Virus record (IMG/VR): IMGVR_UViG_2541047905_000009
Source of the DNA: a virus
Taxonomy: Duplodnaviria > Heunggongvirae > Uroviricota > Caudoviricetes
Strand: one strand, 5' to 3'
DNA: 8,603 nucleotides
The notes under the pieces were generated by a model. The model was not told the DNA's origin, ran no database searches, and saw nothing but the letters and a program-made list of their open reading frames with translations. Shown here one piece after another: positions 1 through 6,595 of this stretch (position 1 is its first letter; each line of letters begins with the position of its first letter). The position numbers were made by a program, and so were the translations under genes.

Positions 1-1254
1 ATGCTGGAACAAATGGGCATTGCCGCGAAGCAAGCCTCGTATAAATTAGCGCAACTCTCCAGCCGCGAAAAAAATCGCGTGCTGGAAAAAATCGCCGATG
101 AACTGGAAGCACAAAGCGAAATCATCCTCAACGCTAACGCCCAGGATGTTGCTGACGCGCGAGCCAATGGCCTTAGCGAAGCGATGCTTGACCGTCTGGC
201 ACTGACGCCCGCACGGCTGAAAGGCATTGCCGACGATGTACGTCAGGTGTGCAACCTCGCCGATCCGGTGGGGCAGGTAATCGATGGCGGCGTACTGGAC
301 AGCGGCCTGCGTCTTGAGCGTCGTCGCGTACCGCTGGGGGTTATTGGCGTGATTTATGAAGCGCGCCCGAACGTGACGGTTGATGTCGCTTCGCTGTGCC
401 TGAAAACCGGTAATGCGGTGATCCTGCGCGGTGGCAAAGAAACGTGTCGCACTAACGCTGCAACGGTGGCGGTGATTCAGGACGCCCTGAAATCCTGCGG
501 CTTACCGGCGGGTGCCGTGCAGGCGATTGATAATCCTGACCGTGCGCTGGTCAGTGAAATGCTGCGTATGGATAAATACATCGACATGCTGATCCCGCGT
601 GGTGGCGCTGGTTTGCATAAACTGTGCCGTGAACAGTCGACAATCCCGGTGATCACAGGTGGTATAGGCGTATGCCATATTTACGTTGATGAAAGTGTAG
701 AGATCGCTGAAGCATTAAAAGTGATCGTCAACGCGAAAACTCAGCGTCCGAGCACATGTAATACGGTTGAAACGTTGCTGGTGAATAAAAACATCGCCGA
801 TAGCTTCCTGCCCGCATTAAGCAAACAAATGGCGGAAAGCGGCGTGACATTACACGCAGATGCAGCTGCACTGGCGCAGTTGCAGGCAGGCCCTGCGAAG
901 GTGGTTGCTGTTAAAGCCGAAGAGTATGACGATGAGTTTCTGTCATTAGATTTGAACGTCAAAATCGTCAGCGATCTTGACGATGCCATCGCCCATATTC
1001 GTGAACACGGCACACAACACTCCGATGCGATCCTGACCCGCGATATGCGCAACGCCCAGCGTTTTGTTAACGAAGTGGATTCGTCCGCTGTTTACGTTAA
1101 CGCCTCTACGCGTTTTACCGACGGCGGCCAGTTTGGTCTGGGTGCGGAAGTGGCGGTAAGCACACAAAAACTCCACGCGCGTGGCCCAATGGGGCTGGAA
1201 GCACTGACCACTTACAAGTGGATCGGCATTGGTGATTACACCATTCGTGCGTAA
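1..1254 (+). CDS. proA: gamma-glutamyl phosphate reductase (glutamate-5-semialdehyde dehydrogenase), complete 417 aa
   Basis: The full-length ORF translation is recognised as enterobacterial ProA (aldehyde dehydrogenase fold, proline biosynthesis). It sits immediately upstream of thrW, which is the canonical E. coli gene order. Recognition is from memory, not a database search. Confidence 0.95.
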
Positions 1255-1299
1255 ATAAAACCGGGTGATGCAAAAGTAGCCATTTGATTCACAAGGCCA

Positions 1300-1330
1300 T
1301 TGACGCATCGCCCGGTTAGTTTTAACCTTG
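1300..1330 (+). promoter_or_regulatory. candidate thrW promoter region (TTGACG -35-like hexamer, weak -10, GC-rich discriminator)
   Basis: TTGACG at 1300-1305 lies about 65 nt upstream of the tRNA 5' end; the -10 match is poor. A flanking inverted repeat (1261-1271 / 1305-1315) could also be the proBA terminator. Read by eye only. Confidence 0.25.
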
Positions 1331-1368
1331 CCCACCGTGATTCACGTTCGTGAACATGTCCTTTCAGG

Positions 1369-1444
1369 GCCGATATAGCTCAGTTGGTAGAGCAGCGCAT
1401 TCGTAATGCGAAGGTCGTAGGTTCGACTCCTATTATCGGCACCA
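1369..1444 (+). tRNA. thrW: tRNA-Thr (anticodon CGU), 76 nt with encoded CCA
   Basis: GCCGATATAGCTCAGTTGGTAGAGCAGCGCATTCGTAATGCGAAGGTCGTAGGTTCGACTCCTATTATCGGCACCA has a cloverleaf with GTTCGACTCC T-arm and anticodon loop tTCGTAa. Position after proA matches thrW, a known integration hotspot. Confidence 0.93.
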
Positions 1445-1461
1445 TTCAAACATCTCCCCAA

Positions 1462-1545
1462 GTCTACTAAAGTCTTTCAAAACCCCTTATAATCCGCGTA
1501 TTAAAGCCCCGTTCGTCTTTTGACGTCTACTAAAGTCCCTCAAAA
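1462..1545 (+). repeat. two direct repeats GTCTACTAAAGTC(T/C)(T/C)TCAAAA spaced 63 bp apart (candidate integrase arm-type / attL sites)
   Basis: Identical 13-mer at 1462-1474 and 1525-1537, each followed by a near-identical 8-mer, with a third TCTAC at 1546-1550. Location between the tRNA 3' end and the int start is typical of arm-type sites of tyrosine recombinases. Confidence 0.4.
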
Positions 1546-1609
1546 TCTACGGTCAGATGGGGGTACTTATGGGGGTATTTGCTGTTCGGTTTAGTGGAGG
1601 TACCCCCAA

Positions 1610-2824
1610 GTGAAACTCAATGCCCGTCAAATAGACACAGCCAAGCCAAAAGAGAAGGCTTACAAGCTGGCCGATGGTGGCGGTTTGTATCTCTTGGTAA
1701 AACCTAATGGAGGTAAATACTGGCGACTTAAATATCGTGTAGATGGTAAAGAGAAGCTATTGGCACTAGGTGTGTATCCTGAGGTTACTCTAGCCGATGC
1801 TCGGGCAAAACGTGAAGATGCGAAAAGAGGTATCGCTGGTGGTATCGATCCGATGGAAGCGAAACGAGAGGAAAAGATTGCCCGGGAAACGCAGTTAAAC
1901 AACACCTTCAAAGATATTGCCCTTGAGTGGCACAGCAGCAAATTAAAAAAATGGTCTGCTGGTTATGCTTCAGACATCCTCGAAGCCTTCAACAAAGATG
2001 TGTTCCCTTACATTGGCAAAAAACCAATCGCCGAAATCAAACCACTTGAACTTCTGAATGTGCTGCGGCGCATCGAGGGGCGCGGTGCTACAGAAAAAGC
2101 CAAAAAAGTGAGGCAGCGGTGCGGGGAAGTTTTCCGCTATGCAATAGTCACTGGTCGCGCAGAGTATAACCCTGCACCAGACCTTACTAGCGCGATGCAA
2201 GGCCATGAATCTAATCATTACCCTTTCCTTACAGCTAAAGAATTACCTGATTTTTTCAAGGCATTGTCCAGTTACTCAGGAAGCGCATTGGTTGTTATGG
2301 CGGCTCGTCTACTGATTATCACCGGCTTGCGGACTGGCGAACTACGTGGCGCATTATGGGATGAAATTGATTTCAACAAGGCTATCTGGGAGATACCCGC
2401 TTCACGTATGAAAATGCGGCGGCCTCATATTGTGCCATTGTCTGATCAGGCTCTTTCGCTTATTGGGAAGATTAGAGAAATAACAGGCAATTACCCTCTT
2501 ATGTTTCCCGGGCGCAATGATCCAAGGAAAACAATGAGTGAGGCCAGCATAAACCAAGTGTTTAAGCGCATTGGCTACGCTGGACGTGTAACTGGTCATG
2601 GGTTCCGGCACACTATGAGTACGATTTTGCATGAGCAGGGCTATAACACCGCGTGGATAGAAACGCAGCTCGCTCACGTTGATAAGAACTCAATTCGTGG
2701 CACATACAACCATGCGCAATATCTGGATGGAAGGCGGGAGATGCTTCAATGGTATGCCGACTATATGGATTCTCTCGAGCATGGCGGAAATGTGGTGCAT
2801 ATGGTGTTTGAAAAACACGCATGA
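1610..2824 (+). CDS. int: site-specific tyrosine integrase, P4-type (N-terminal arm-binding DUF4102-like domain plus catalytic domain), 404 aa, GTG start
   Basis: N-terminus (KLADGGGLYLLVKPNGGKYWRLKYRVDGKEKLLALGVYPEVTLADAR) fits the arm-binding domain of P4-family integrases. C-terminus has GHGFRHT and a catalytic Tyr context (IRGTYNHAQY). GGAGG lies 10 nt upstream of the GTG. Adjacent to the tRNA. Confidence 0.9.
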   Translation: MKLNARQIDTAKPKEKAYKLADGGGLYLLVKPNGGKYWRLKYRVDGKEKLLALGVYPEVTLADARAKREDAKRGIAGGIDPMEAKREEKIARETQLNNTFKDIALEWHSSKLKKWSAGYASDILEAFNKDVFPYIGKKPIAEIKPLELLNVLRRIEGRGATEKAKKVRQRCGEVFRYAIVTGRAEYNPAPDLTSAMQGHESNHYPFLTAKELPDFFKALSSYSGSALVVMAARLLIITGLRTGELRGALWDEIDFNKAIWEIPASRMKMRRPHIVPLSDQALSLIGKIREITGNYPLMFPGRNDPRKTMSEASINQVFKRIGYAGRVTGHGFRHTMSTILHEQGYNTAWIETQLAHVDKNSIRGTYNHAQYLDGRREMLQWYADYMDSLEHGGNVVHMVFEKHA

Positions 2825-2910
2825 AACAACTGGACAAGTATACAGAGGTTTACTAAAGTATAGGGGAGTAGATTGATAAAAACTCACAGAGGATTGCTAT
2901 TTAACAGTTA

Positions 2911-2938
2911 GCCCTGGAGAAGGGCAATCGCTCTTTTA
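2911..2938 (+). terminator. weak candidate intrinsic terminator downstream of int
   Basis: Hairpin GCCCT-GGAGA-AGGGC (2911-2925) followed by a T-rich stretch CTCTTTTAT. The stem is short and the T-run is displaced. Confidence 0.25.
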
Positions 2939-2967
2939 TAAACGAAGGTGTATTGAGCCTTCTACGT

Positions 2968-3033
2968 CGCTGACAAAGCGGAATGTTCTTTAACAGGCTT
3001 TGGCGCTGACAAAGCGCAATTGTTCTTTAAAAC
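2968..3033 (+). repeat. two ~28-bp direct repeats (CGCTGACAAAGCG-N3-TGTTCTTTAA) with 36-bp periodicity in the int-alpA intergenic region
   Basis: CGCTGACAAAGCG at 2968-2980 and 3004-3016, each followed by TGTTCTTTAA. Candidate regulator-binding sites or iterons. Confidence 0.5.
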
Positions 3034-3131
3034 TACTGGATGTCACGCCTAATAGCGTGATCCTGCCGAAATGCAGGGTAGCTCTACCCTTGTGGAGCGA
3101 ACAAACCAAAACAATCTGACTATCTTTTATA

Positions 3132-3166
3132 AAAGACCGCAATATGTTTTTCATATTGTGGTCTTT
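3132..3166. promoter_or_regulatory. 35-bp near-perfect palindrome (AAAGACCGCAATATG-TTTTT-CATATTGTGGTCTTT), candidate operator upstream of alpA
   Basis: 15-bp arms with a single mismatch (G-U compatible as RNA). It lies about 90 bp upstream of the alpA start, with a TTGACG hexamer at 3181-3186. Confidence 0.4.
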
Positions 3167-3252
3167 GGCGTATTCGACATTTGACGCAAATAAAACTCTC
3201 GCCATTCGTTGCAGGAGGGGGTTATTGCGTCATTAGTACAGGATATTAATAA

Positions 3253-3456
3253 ATGGCTAATTACAATTCATTAATTCGTCTCTCTGAAGTTCAAAGGCGA
3301 ACTGGTTATAGCAAAGCATGGATTTATCGTCTTATTAGTCAGGGGAGGTTCCCTAAACAGGTAAAAATTGGAAGTCGGGCAATTGCTTTTGTTGAGTCTG
3401 AAATAGATGAATGGATTGAGAAGTGTATATTAGAATCTAGAGACGAGGTGGCCTGA
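3253..3456 (+). CDS. alpA: AlpA/Vis-family phage transcriptional regulator / excisionase-like HTH protein, 67 aa
   Basis: SLIRLSEVQRRTGYSKAWIYRLISQGRFPKQVKIGSRAIAFVESEIDEWIEK matches the AlpA-family HTH pattern. Its position just downstream of a P4-type int is as in CP4-57-like elements. AGGA lies 11 nt upstream of the ATG. Confidence 0.85.
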   Translation: MANYNSLIRLSEVQRRTGYSKAWIYRLISQGRFPKQVKIGSRAIAFVESEIDEWIEKCILESRDEVA

Positions 3457-3887
3457 TGGAAAAGAAAAACCGCCCATTACAGGCGGCTAATTCAGATATT
3501 CGTGTATCTGATGTTACGCCCCTTACAAAATCCCTTCAAGCACCAAAGCGCACACCGAAAAAGCATCGTGCCAGAGTCTATATGCTGCGTACTGGTATAG
3601 AGGGATGGACAGAAAATGACATTCTTCGCTACTGCCGTCTGTCTTCTGGTCGTAACTATGCAACAGAGTTAGAACGCCAGCTTGGAATCACTCTGGAGCG
3701 TATCGACGAAAAGAATCCTGATGGTATCGGAACACACCTTCGCTACCGTTTCTCCTGCCGTGGTGATGTTCTGAAAGTGATCACTCATATTAACCATCTT
3801 GCGAACATAAATGATCACAACGGACTTTCTCAGCAGGAAATTGCCGACATTCTGAAACTCTACCCGGACGCGTTTAACGCCGCCTAA
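3456..3887 (+). CDS. hypothetical protein, 143 aa, basic N-terminus (possible DNA-binding)
   Basis: ORF whose start overlaps the alpA stop (TGATG), indicating translational coupling. K/R-rich N-terminal 40 residues. No family recognised. Confidence 0.65.
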   Translation: MEKKNRPLQAANSDIRVSDVTPLTKSLQAPKRTPKKHRARVYMLRTGIEGWTENDILRYCRLSSGRNYATELERQLGITLERIDEKNPDGIGTHLRYRFSCRGDVLKVITHINHLANINDHNGLSQQEIADILKLYPDAFNAA

Positions 3888-3899
3888 CGGAGACTGAAA

Positions 3900-4733
3900 A
3901 TGAACATCGAAAAAAGCAGATTAATTTCTGAGGCCGCCCCTCATCTGAACGCCTCTCTGGGCACAATTAACGGTAATGAATTTGCCGCAATTGTCCCGGT
4001 TATTCCAGGTCACATCGGTGGGCGTGAAACCAATATTGTTAGCGCAAAAGCGTTACACAAAGCGTTGGGCGTGGGAAAAGACTTCTCTACATGGATCACT
4101 GATCGCATCTCTGAATATGACTTCACCATTGGGCACGATTACTCAGTCCATAAAACAATTTCCCCAAATTTGGGGAAAAGCCCGAATGGCACGGCTTACA
4201 GCAAGATTAAGCAGTCTGGCAGACCCGGCAAAGACTATCTGTTAAGTGTCGGAATGGCGAAAGAGCTGGCAATGATCGAACGCAATGATCAGGGTCGCGC
4301 TATCCGTCGTTATTTCATCCAGTGCGAGGAAGAATTACAGCGTAGCGTGCCTGAAATCGCCGCCCGCTATCGTCGCCAGCTAAAAGCCCGTATCAGTGCC
4401 GCAAACAACTTTAAGCCAATGTGCGATGCGCTGAATATGGCCCGTGCCGAGCAGGGGAAAACGACGCAGCAACACCACTACACAAACGAGAGCAATATGA
4501 TTTCTCGTATCGTTCTTGGAGGGCTAACTGCTAAGCAGTGGGCGCGGATAAATGGCTATTCTGGCGAACCTCGCGACCATATGAACGCAGAACAGCTTGA
4601 GCACCTCTCATATCTCGAAAGCACCAATATCACGTTAATTGATATGGGCATGGAATATGAGCAGCGCAAAGGAGAACTCACCCGCCTGTCGCAACGCTGG
4701 CTCGCCAAGCGTCTGGAGGCGGTCCATGTTTAA
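3900..4733 (+). CDS. phage antirepressor-like protein (AntA/ORF6N-type N-terminal domain), 277 aa
   Basis: N-terminal region (IGGRETNIVSAKALHKALGVGKDFSTWITDRISEYDF ... KDYLLSVGMAKELAMIERNDQGRAIRRYFIQCEEE) matches the characteristic AntA/Bro-N-type antirepressor signature ending in RRYFIxCE. C-terminal half unassigned. GGAGA lies 8 nt upstream of the ATG. Confidence 0.8.
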   Translation: MNIEKSRLISEAAPHLNASLGTINGNEFAAIVPVIPGHIGGRETNIVSAKALHKALGVGKDFSTWITDRISEYDFTIGHDYSVHKTISPNLGKSPNGTAYSKIKQSGRPGKDYLLSVGMAKELAMIERNDQGRAIRRYFIQCEEELQRSVPEIAARYRRQLKARISAANNFKPMCDALNMARAEQGKTTQQHHYTNESNMISRIVLGGLTAKQWARINGYSGEPRDHMNAEQLEHLSYLESTNITLIDMGMEYEQRKGELTRLSQRWLAKRLEAVHV

Positions 4734-4908
4734 GCCGACAGGAACACCACAACCTCAAAAACGCTACAAAGATGCCCACGGAGCACTCGTTACTGTCGAA
4801 AGCGTGTCTCACAACCGAGTGACGTTTTATCGCGACGGGTATCAATCGCCATGCGTACAACCGCTGGCGCGCTTCATGAAGGAGTTCGCGGAGGTTAACA
4901 AATGCTAA
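4726..4908 (+). CDS. small hypothetical protein, 60 aa ([60 protein letters not shown])
   Basis: ATG at 4726 is preceded by GGAGG (4715-4719) and overlaps the upstream stop (ATGTTTAA). The longer 4639 start in the ORF track lacks an RBS and gives an implausible N-terminus. Confidence 0.6.
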   Translation: MFKPTGTPQPQKRYKDAHGALVTVESVSHNRVTFYRDGYQSPCVQPLARFMKEFAEVNKC

Positions 4909-5930
4909 CCGTCCAGAAGAAGATATTTTCACTGACTGCTATGTCGCAAAAATCCAGCAATATGACAGCAAAGTCTGGCATTAATACAGCAGATACAAGC
5001 AAAGCTTATCATTTTATGGTGGTAGGAGCGGATGCCTTAACTATGTCAGAAATTACGGTCGATGGTGTTAGCGTTGAGAAGGTCAGCGGCTGCGCCAGAG
5101 AATTTCTGGTCGTAGATGACCTGTTCTGCTCGCGTAGTGACTCCACAAAAATCTTCGTCCGCACGCGCGACGTTAACGAAATGAGCGCGATGTACTGTGC
5201 CTCTGGTTCTTCCAATAGTGAGTTTTCGGAGTCCATAAAAAAGAGCTTGCCGTTATGCGGCAACACGGTTTATGGTTATAAGGCACCTCATAAAACGGGT
5301 GCCGGGATTAGGACCCCGCAGGCAATCGAGGCGATACATGACGCGCCAGCGTCTTTTTTTGTATCGGCGCACACGCACACCTTATCAATGGTGGGCTGTA
5401 TGGGGCTGACTTCGGTCAGGCTGGTTTCCTTGATTGCCAGTAGTCCTAACCCTGTACAGTCCACCGCCAGCGAGCTTAGGACCTCCGGCGGTGGCTATAA
5501 ACCATCAATCAAGGAGGCTGCCACATGCTGGCTACTACCCCTACCCAAAAACCGCAATTTATCTGGATTATCGCCGCAGTTCGCCGCGATTGCCCGACAA
5601 TTACCGCCAAAATTCATCATATTGCTGCCGAGTCTGAACGCGATGCTCGCCGTTCTCTGGTGCGCGATCACATCTGCTTTTTTGCTGGTCGTATCCGCAT
5701 GGAGGTGGCACATGATTAAAACCTACGATGTGCATATGGATCCCCTCGAACGCACAAGCCAGATCATCACACTGACAGAAGTGATTAACGACATTCTGGT
5801 GAGCAACTCTCCCTCACGAGACGAAAGACTGAAGGCGTTACTCGCGATATTGGATCTCGCCGTTCGTGACGTTCATTTCCTGCTGGAAGGTGGACAAATG
5901 CCATGCAAAACGGGGGCAACCAATGAATAA
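4902..5930 (+). CDS. uncertain: 342-codon open frame with strong RBS; 5' half plausibly coding, 3' extent unresolved (reads through other RBS-supported genes)
   Basis: ATG at 4902 has GGAGG 7 nt upstream and overlaps the previous stop (ATGCTAA). The frame has no stop until 5930, yet across 5525-5711 it is rich in rare CUA codons while another frame codes well. It contains a terminator-like hairpin. Coding status is ambiguous. Confidence 0.35.
   Translation: MLTVQKKIFSLTAMSQKSSNMTAKSGINTADTSKAYHFMVVGADALTMSEITVDGVSVEKVSGCAREFLVVDDLFCSRSDSTKIFVRTRDVNEMSAMYCASGSSNSEFSESIKKSLPLCGNTVYGYKAPHKTGAGIRTPQAIEAIHDAPASFFVSAHTHTLSMVGCMGLTSVRLVSLIASSPNPVQSTASELRTSGGGYKPSIKEAATCWLLPLPKNRNLSGLSPQFAAIARQLPPKFIILLPSLNAMLAVLWCAITSAFLLVVSAWRWHMIKTYDVHMDPLERTSQIITLTEVINDILVSNSPSRDERLKALLAILDLAVRDVHFLLEGGQMPCKTGATNE
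5340..5360 (+). terminator. candidate intrinsic terminator / attenuator (GACGC-GCCA-GCGTC followed by T7)
   Basis: 5-bp GC-rich stem with a 4-nt loop, followed immediately by TTTTTTT (5354-5360), inside the long open frame and about 165 nt upstream of the next RBS. Confidence 0.4.
5406..5514 (+). ncRNA. candidate structured RNA / regulatory leader (UUCG-tetraloop hairpin, crossing stems, long-range stem overlapping the SD)
   Basis: Complementary segments read by eye: CTGAC-UUCG-GTCAG (5406-5419); GTCCTAA (5443-5449) with TTAGGAC (5476-5482); CCACCGCC (5461-5468) with GGCGGTGG (5487-5494), crossing the previous pair; CCTTGATTG (5428-5436) with CAATCAAGG (5506-5514), reaching into AAGGAGG. No folding energy was computed. 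Confidence 0.3.
5525..5719 (+). CDS. small protein, 64 aa, tentatively Icd-like (host cell-division inhibitor family of P4-like elements)
   Basis: Strong SD AAGGAGG 7 nt upstream of the ATG. Codon usage is good in this frame. [21 protein letters not shown]...[13 protein letters not shown] resembles, from memory, the FxW-FAAVRR...FAGR pattern of Icd-like proteins; this family call is low confidence. Confidence 0.55.
   Translation: MLATTPTQKPQFIWIIAAVRRDCPTITAKIHHIAAESERDARRSLVRDHICFFAGRIRMEVAHD
5712..5930 (+). CDS. small hypothetical protein, 72 aa (alternative reading: C-terminal part of the 4902 open frame)
   Basis: ATG at 5712 is preceded by GGAGG (5701-5705) and overlaps the stop of the 5525 gene (ATGATTAA). 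Translation [30 protein letters not shown]... is protein-like. Confidence 0.45.
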   Translation: MIKTYDVHMDPLERTSQIITLTEVINDILVSNSPSRDERLKALLAILDLAVRDVHFLLEGGQMPCKTGATNE

Positions 5931-6117
5931 CTCAATTAATACCCCTCGCCTTACGTCCGCACTTCAATTAATCGAGCAAGCAGCGGCTGTCCTGGTTGCT
6001 GTCAGTCTTTCGGCTGAAGAAATGGACGCTGCTGATGTCGTGGATGCGATTAAAGCGTGCTCATCTTTGGTTAACGATGCCCGTGCCGAGCTGGTAATTC
6101 TTGGGGGTGAAAAATGA
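5923..6117 (+). CDS. small hypothetical acidic protein, 64 aa
   Basis: ATG at 5923 overlaps the upstream stop (ATGAATAA), with a G-rich stretch upstream. The GTG at 5866 in the ORF track lacks an RBS. Confidence 0.55.
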   Translation: MNNSINTPRLTSALQLIEQAAAVLVAVSLSAEEMDAADVVDAIKACSSLVNDARAELVILGGEK

Positions 6118-6377
6118 ATATCAACTTAATTTATCGTCATCCGTGTGAGCTGGAAATTGAATCATTGCTGGGGCGCGAAGAGCCATATCCAGACACATTC
6201 ACTCCCGCAGATTGCGCGACTGAACGGCTTACCAGAGCGCGCACAGGTCTGGTTCATGTGATGAATGAGATTGTTCCCTCGGTGGGAGGGGAACAGGCGA
6301 CAGTAATCAATAGCTGGCTACAAAAAGTTACCTCCCTGATAGATATCGGTTTAATCGATGTGGAGAGTGCGAAATGA
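6114..6377 (+). CDS. small hypothetical protein, 87 aa
   Basis: ATG overlaps the upstream stop (ATGA), with GGGGGTG upstream. Translationally coupled. Confidence 0.6.
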   Translation: MNINLIYRHPCELEIESLLGREEPYPDTFTPADCATERLTRARTGLVHVMNEIVPSVGGEQATVINSWLQKVTSLIDIGLIDVESAK

Positions 6378-6595
6378 CCAACATCCAGCTCATTGAAGCG
6401 CAATGTCGCATCGAACAGGTTCAGACTGTTTTAGGGTTCTGGCTTGAAGGGGCCAGCCCCAGCAACAGAGACAAGTTAATGATTGGCGCGGTTATGTCAC
6501 TGCTCAATGGCGTACCAGAAGCTATTCAGGAAGCGGACGAATTGTTGGGCAAATATGAGTTACAGAATCATTCAGGCGAGGCGAAACATGAATAA
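6374..6595 (+). CDS. small hypothetical protein, 73 aa
   Basis: ATG overlaps the upstream stop (ATGA), with GGAGAG 6 nt upstream. Confidence 0.6.
   Translation: MTNIQLIEAQCRIEQVQTVLGFWLEGASPSNRDKLMIGAVMSLLNGVPEAIQEADELLGKYELQNHSGEAKHE

Noticed and set aside
741-1335. Antisense ORFs (741..1052 and 946..1335, - strand) overlapping proA and the proA-thrW spacer
   Set aside because: They lie opposite a highly conserved core gene. Their composition is W/C/R-rich and nonsense-like, and they have no RBS context. They are by-products of the GC-rich proA sequence.
1660-2887. Several - strand ORFs (1660..1941, 1970..2218, 2402..2677, 2613..2837, 2690..2887) and + strand 2679..2876 overlapping the integrase
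   Set aside because: All lie inside or across the well-supported integrase ORF, with unusual composition and no start context. They are shadow ORFs.
2990-3205. 71-aa - strand ORF in the int-alpA intergenic region
   Set aside because: It spans the direct repeats and palindrome, which are better explained as regulatory DNA. It has no RBS and opposes the orientation of every real gene in the island.
3976-4245. 89-aa + strand ORF nested in another frame inside the antirepressor gene
   Set aside because: It is fully contained in a gene with a recognisable domain signature. There is no RBS, and the peptide is low-complexity.
4639-4725. Upstream extension (start at 4639) of the small gene ending at 4908
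   Set aside because: The extension overlaps the antirepressor 3' end in another frame, lacks an RBS and gives an implausible N-terminus. The ATG at 4726 has GGAGG 6 nt upstream.
5009-5713. ORFs 5009..5266 (-), 5434..5637 (+, frame 1) and 5495..5713 (-) within the anomalous 4902-5930 region
   Set aside because: No RBS; the peptides are P/S/R-rich and low-complexity. The region is better explained by the frame-3 ORF, the structured RNA and the 5525 gene. Coding potential of 5009..5266 (-) cannot be fully excluded without comparative data.
5866-5922. GTG start at 5866 for the gene ending at 6117
   Set aside because: No Shine-Dalgarno, and it would overlap the preceding gene by 65 nt. The ATG at 5923 repeats the ATGAATAA coupling motif seen at 6588.
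6483-6587. Start at 6483 giving a 235-aa version of the 6588..7190 gene
   Set aside because: The extra 35 codons overlap the preceding gene out of frame and encode a C/H/W/R-rich segment. The ATG at 6588 overlaps the upstream stop in the pattern used throughout the operon.
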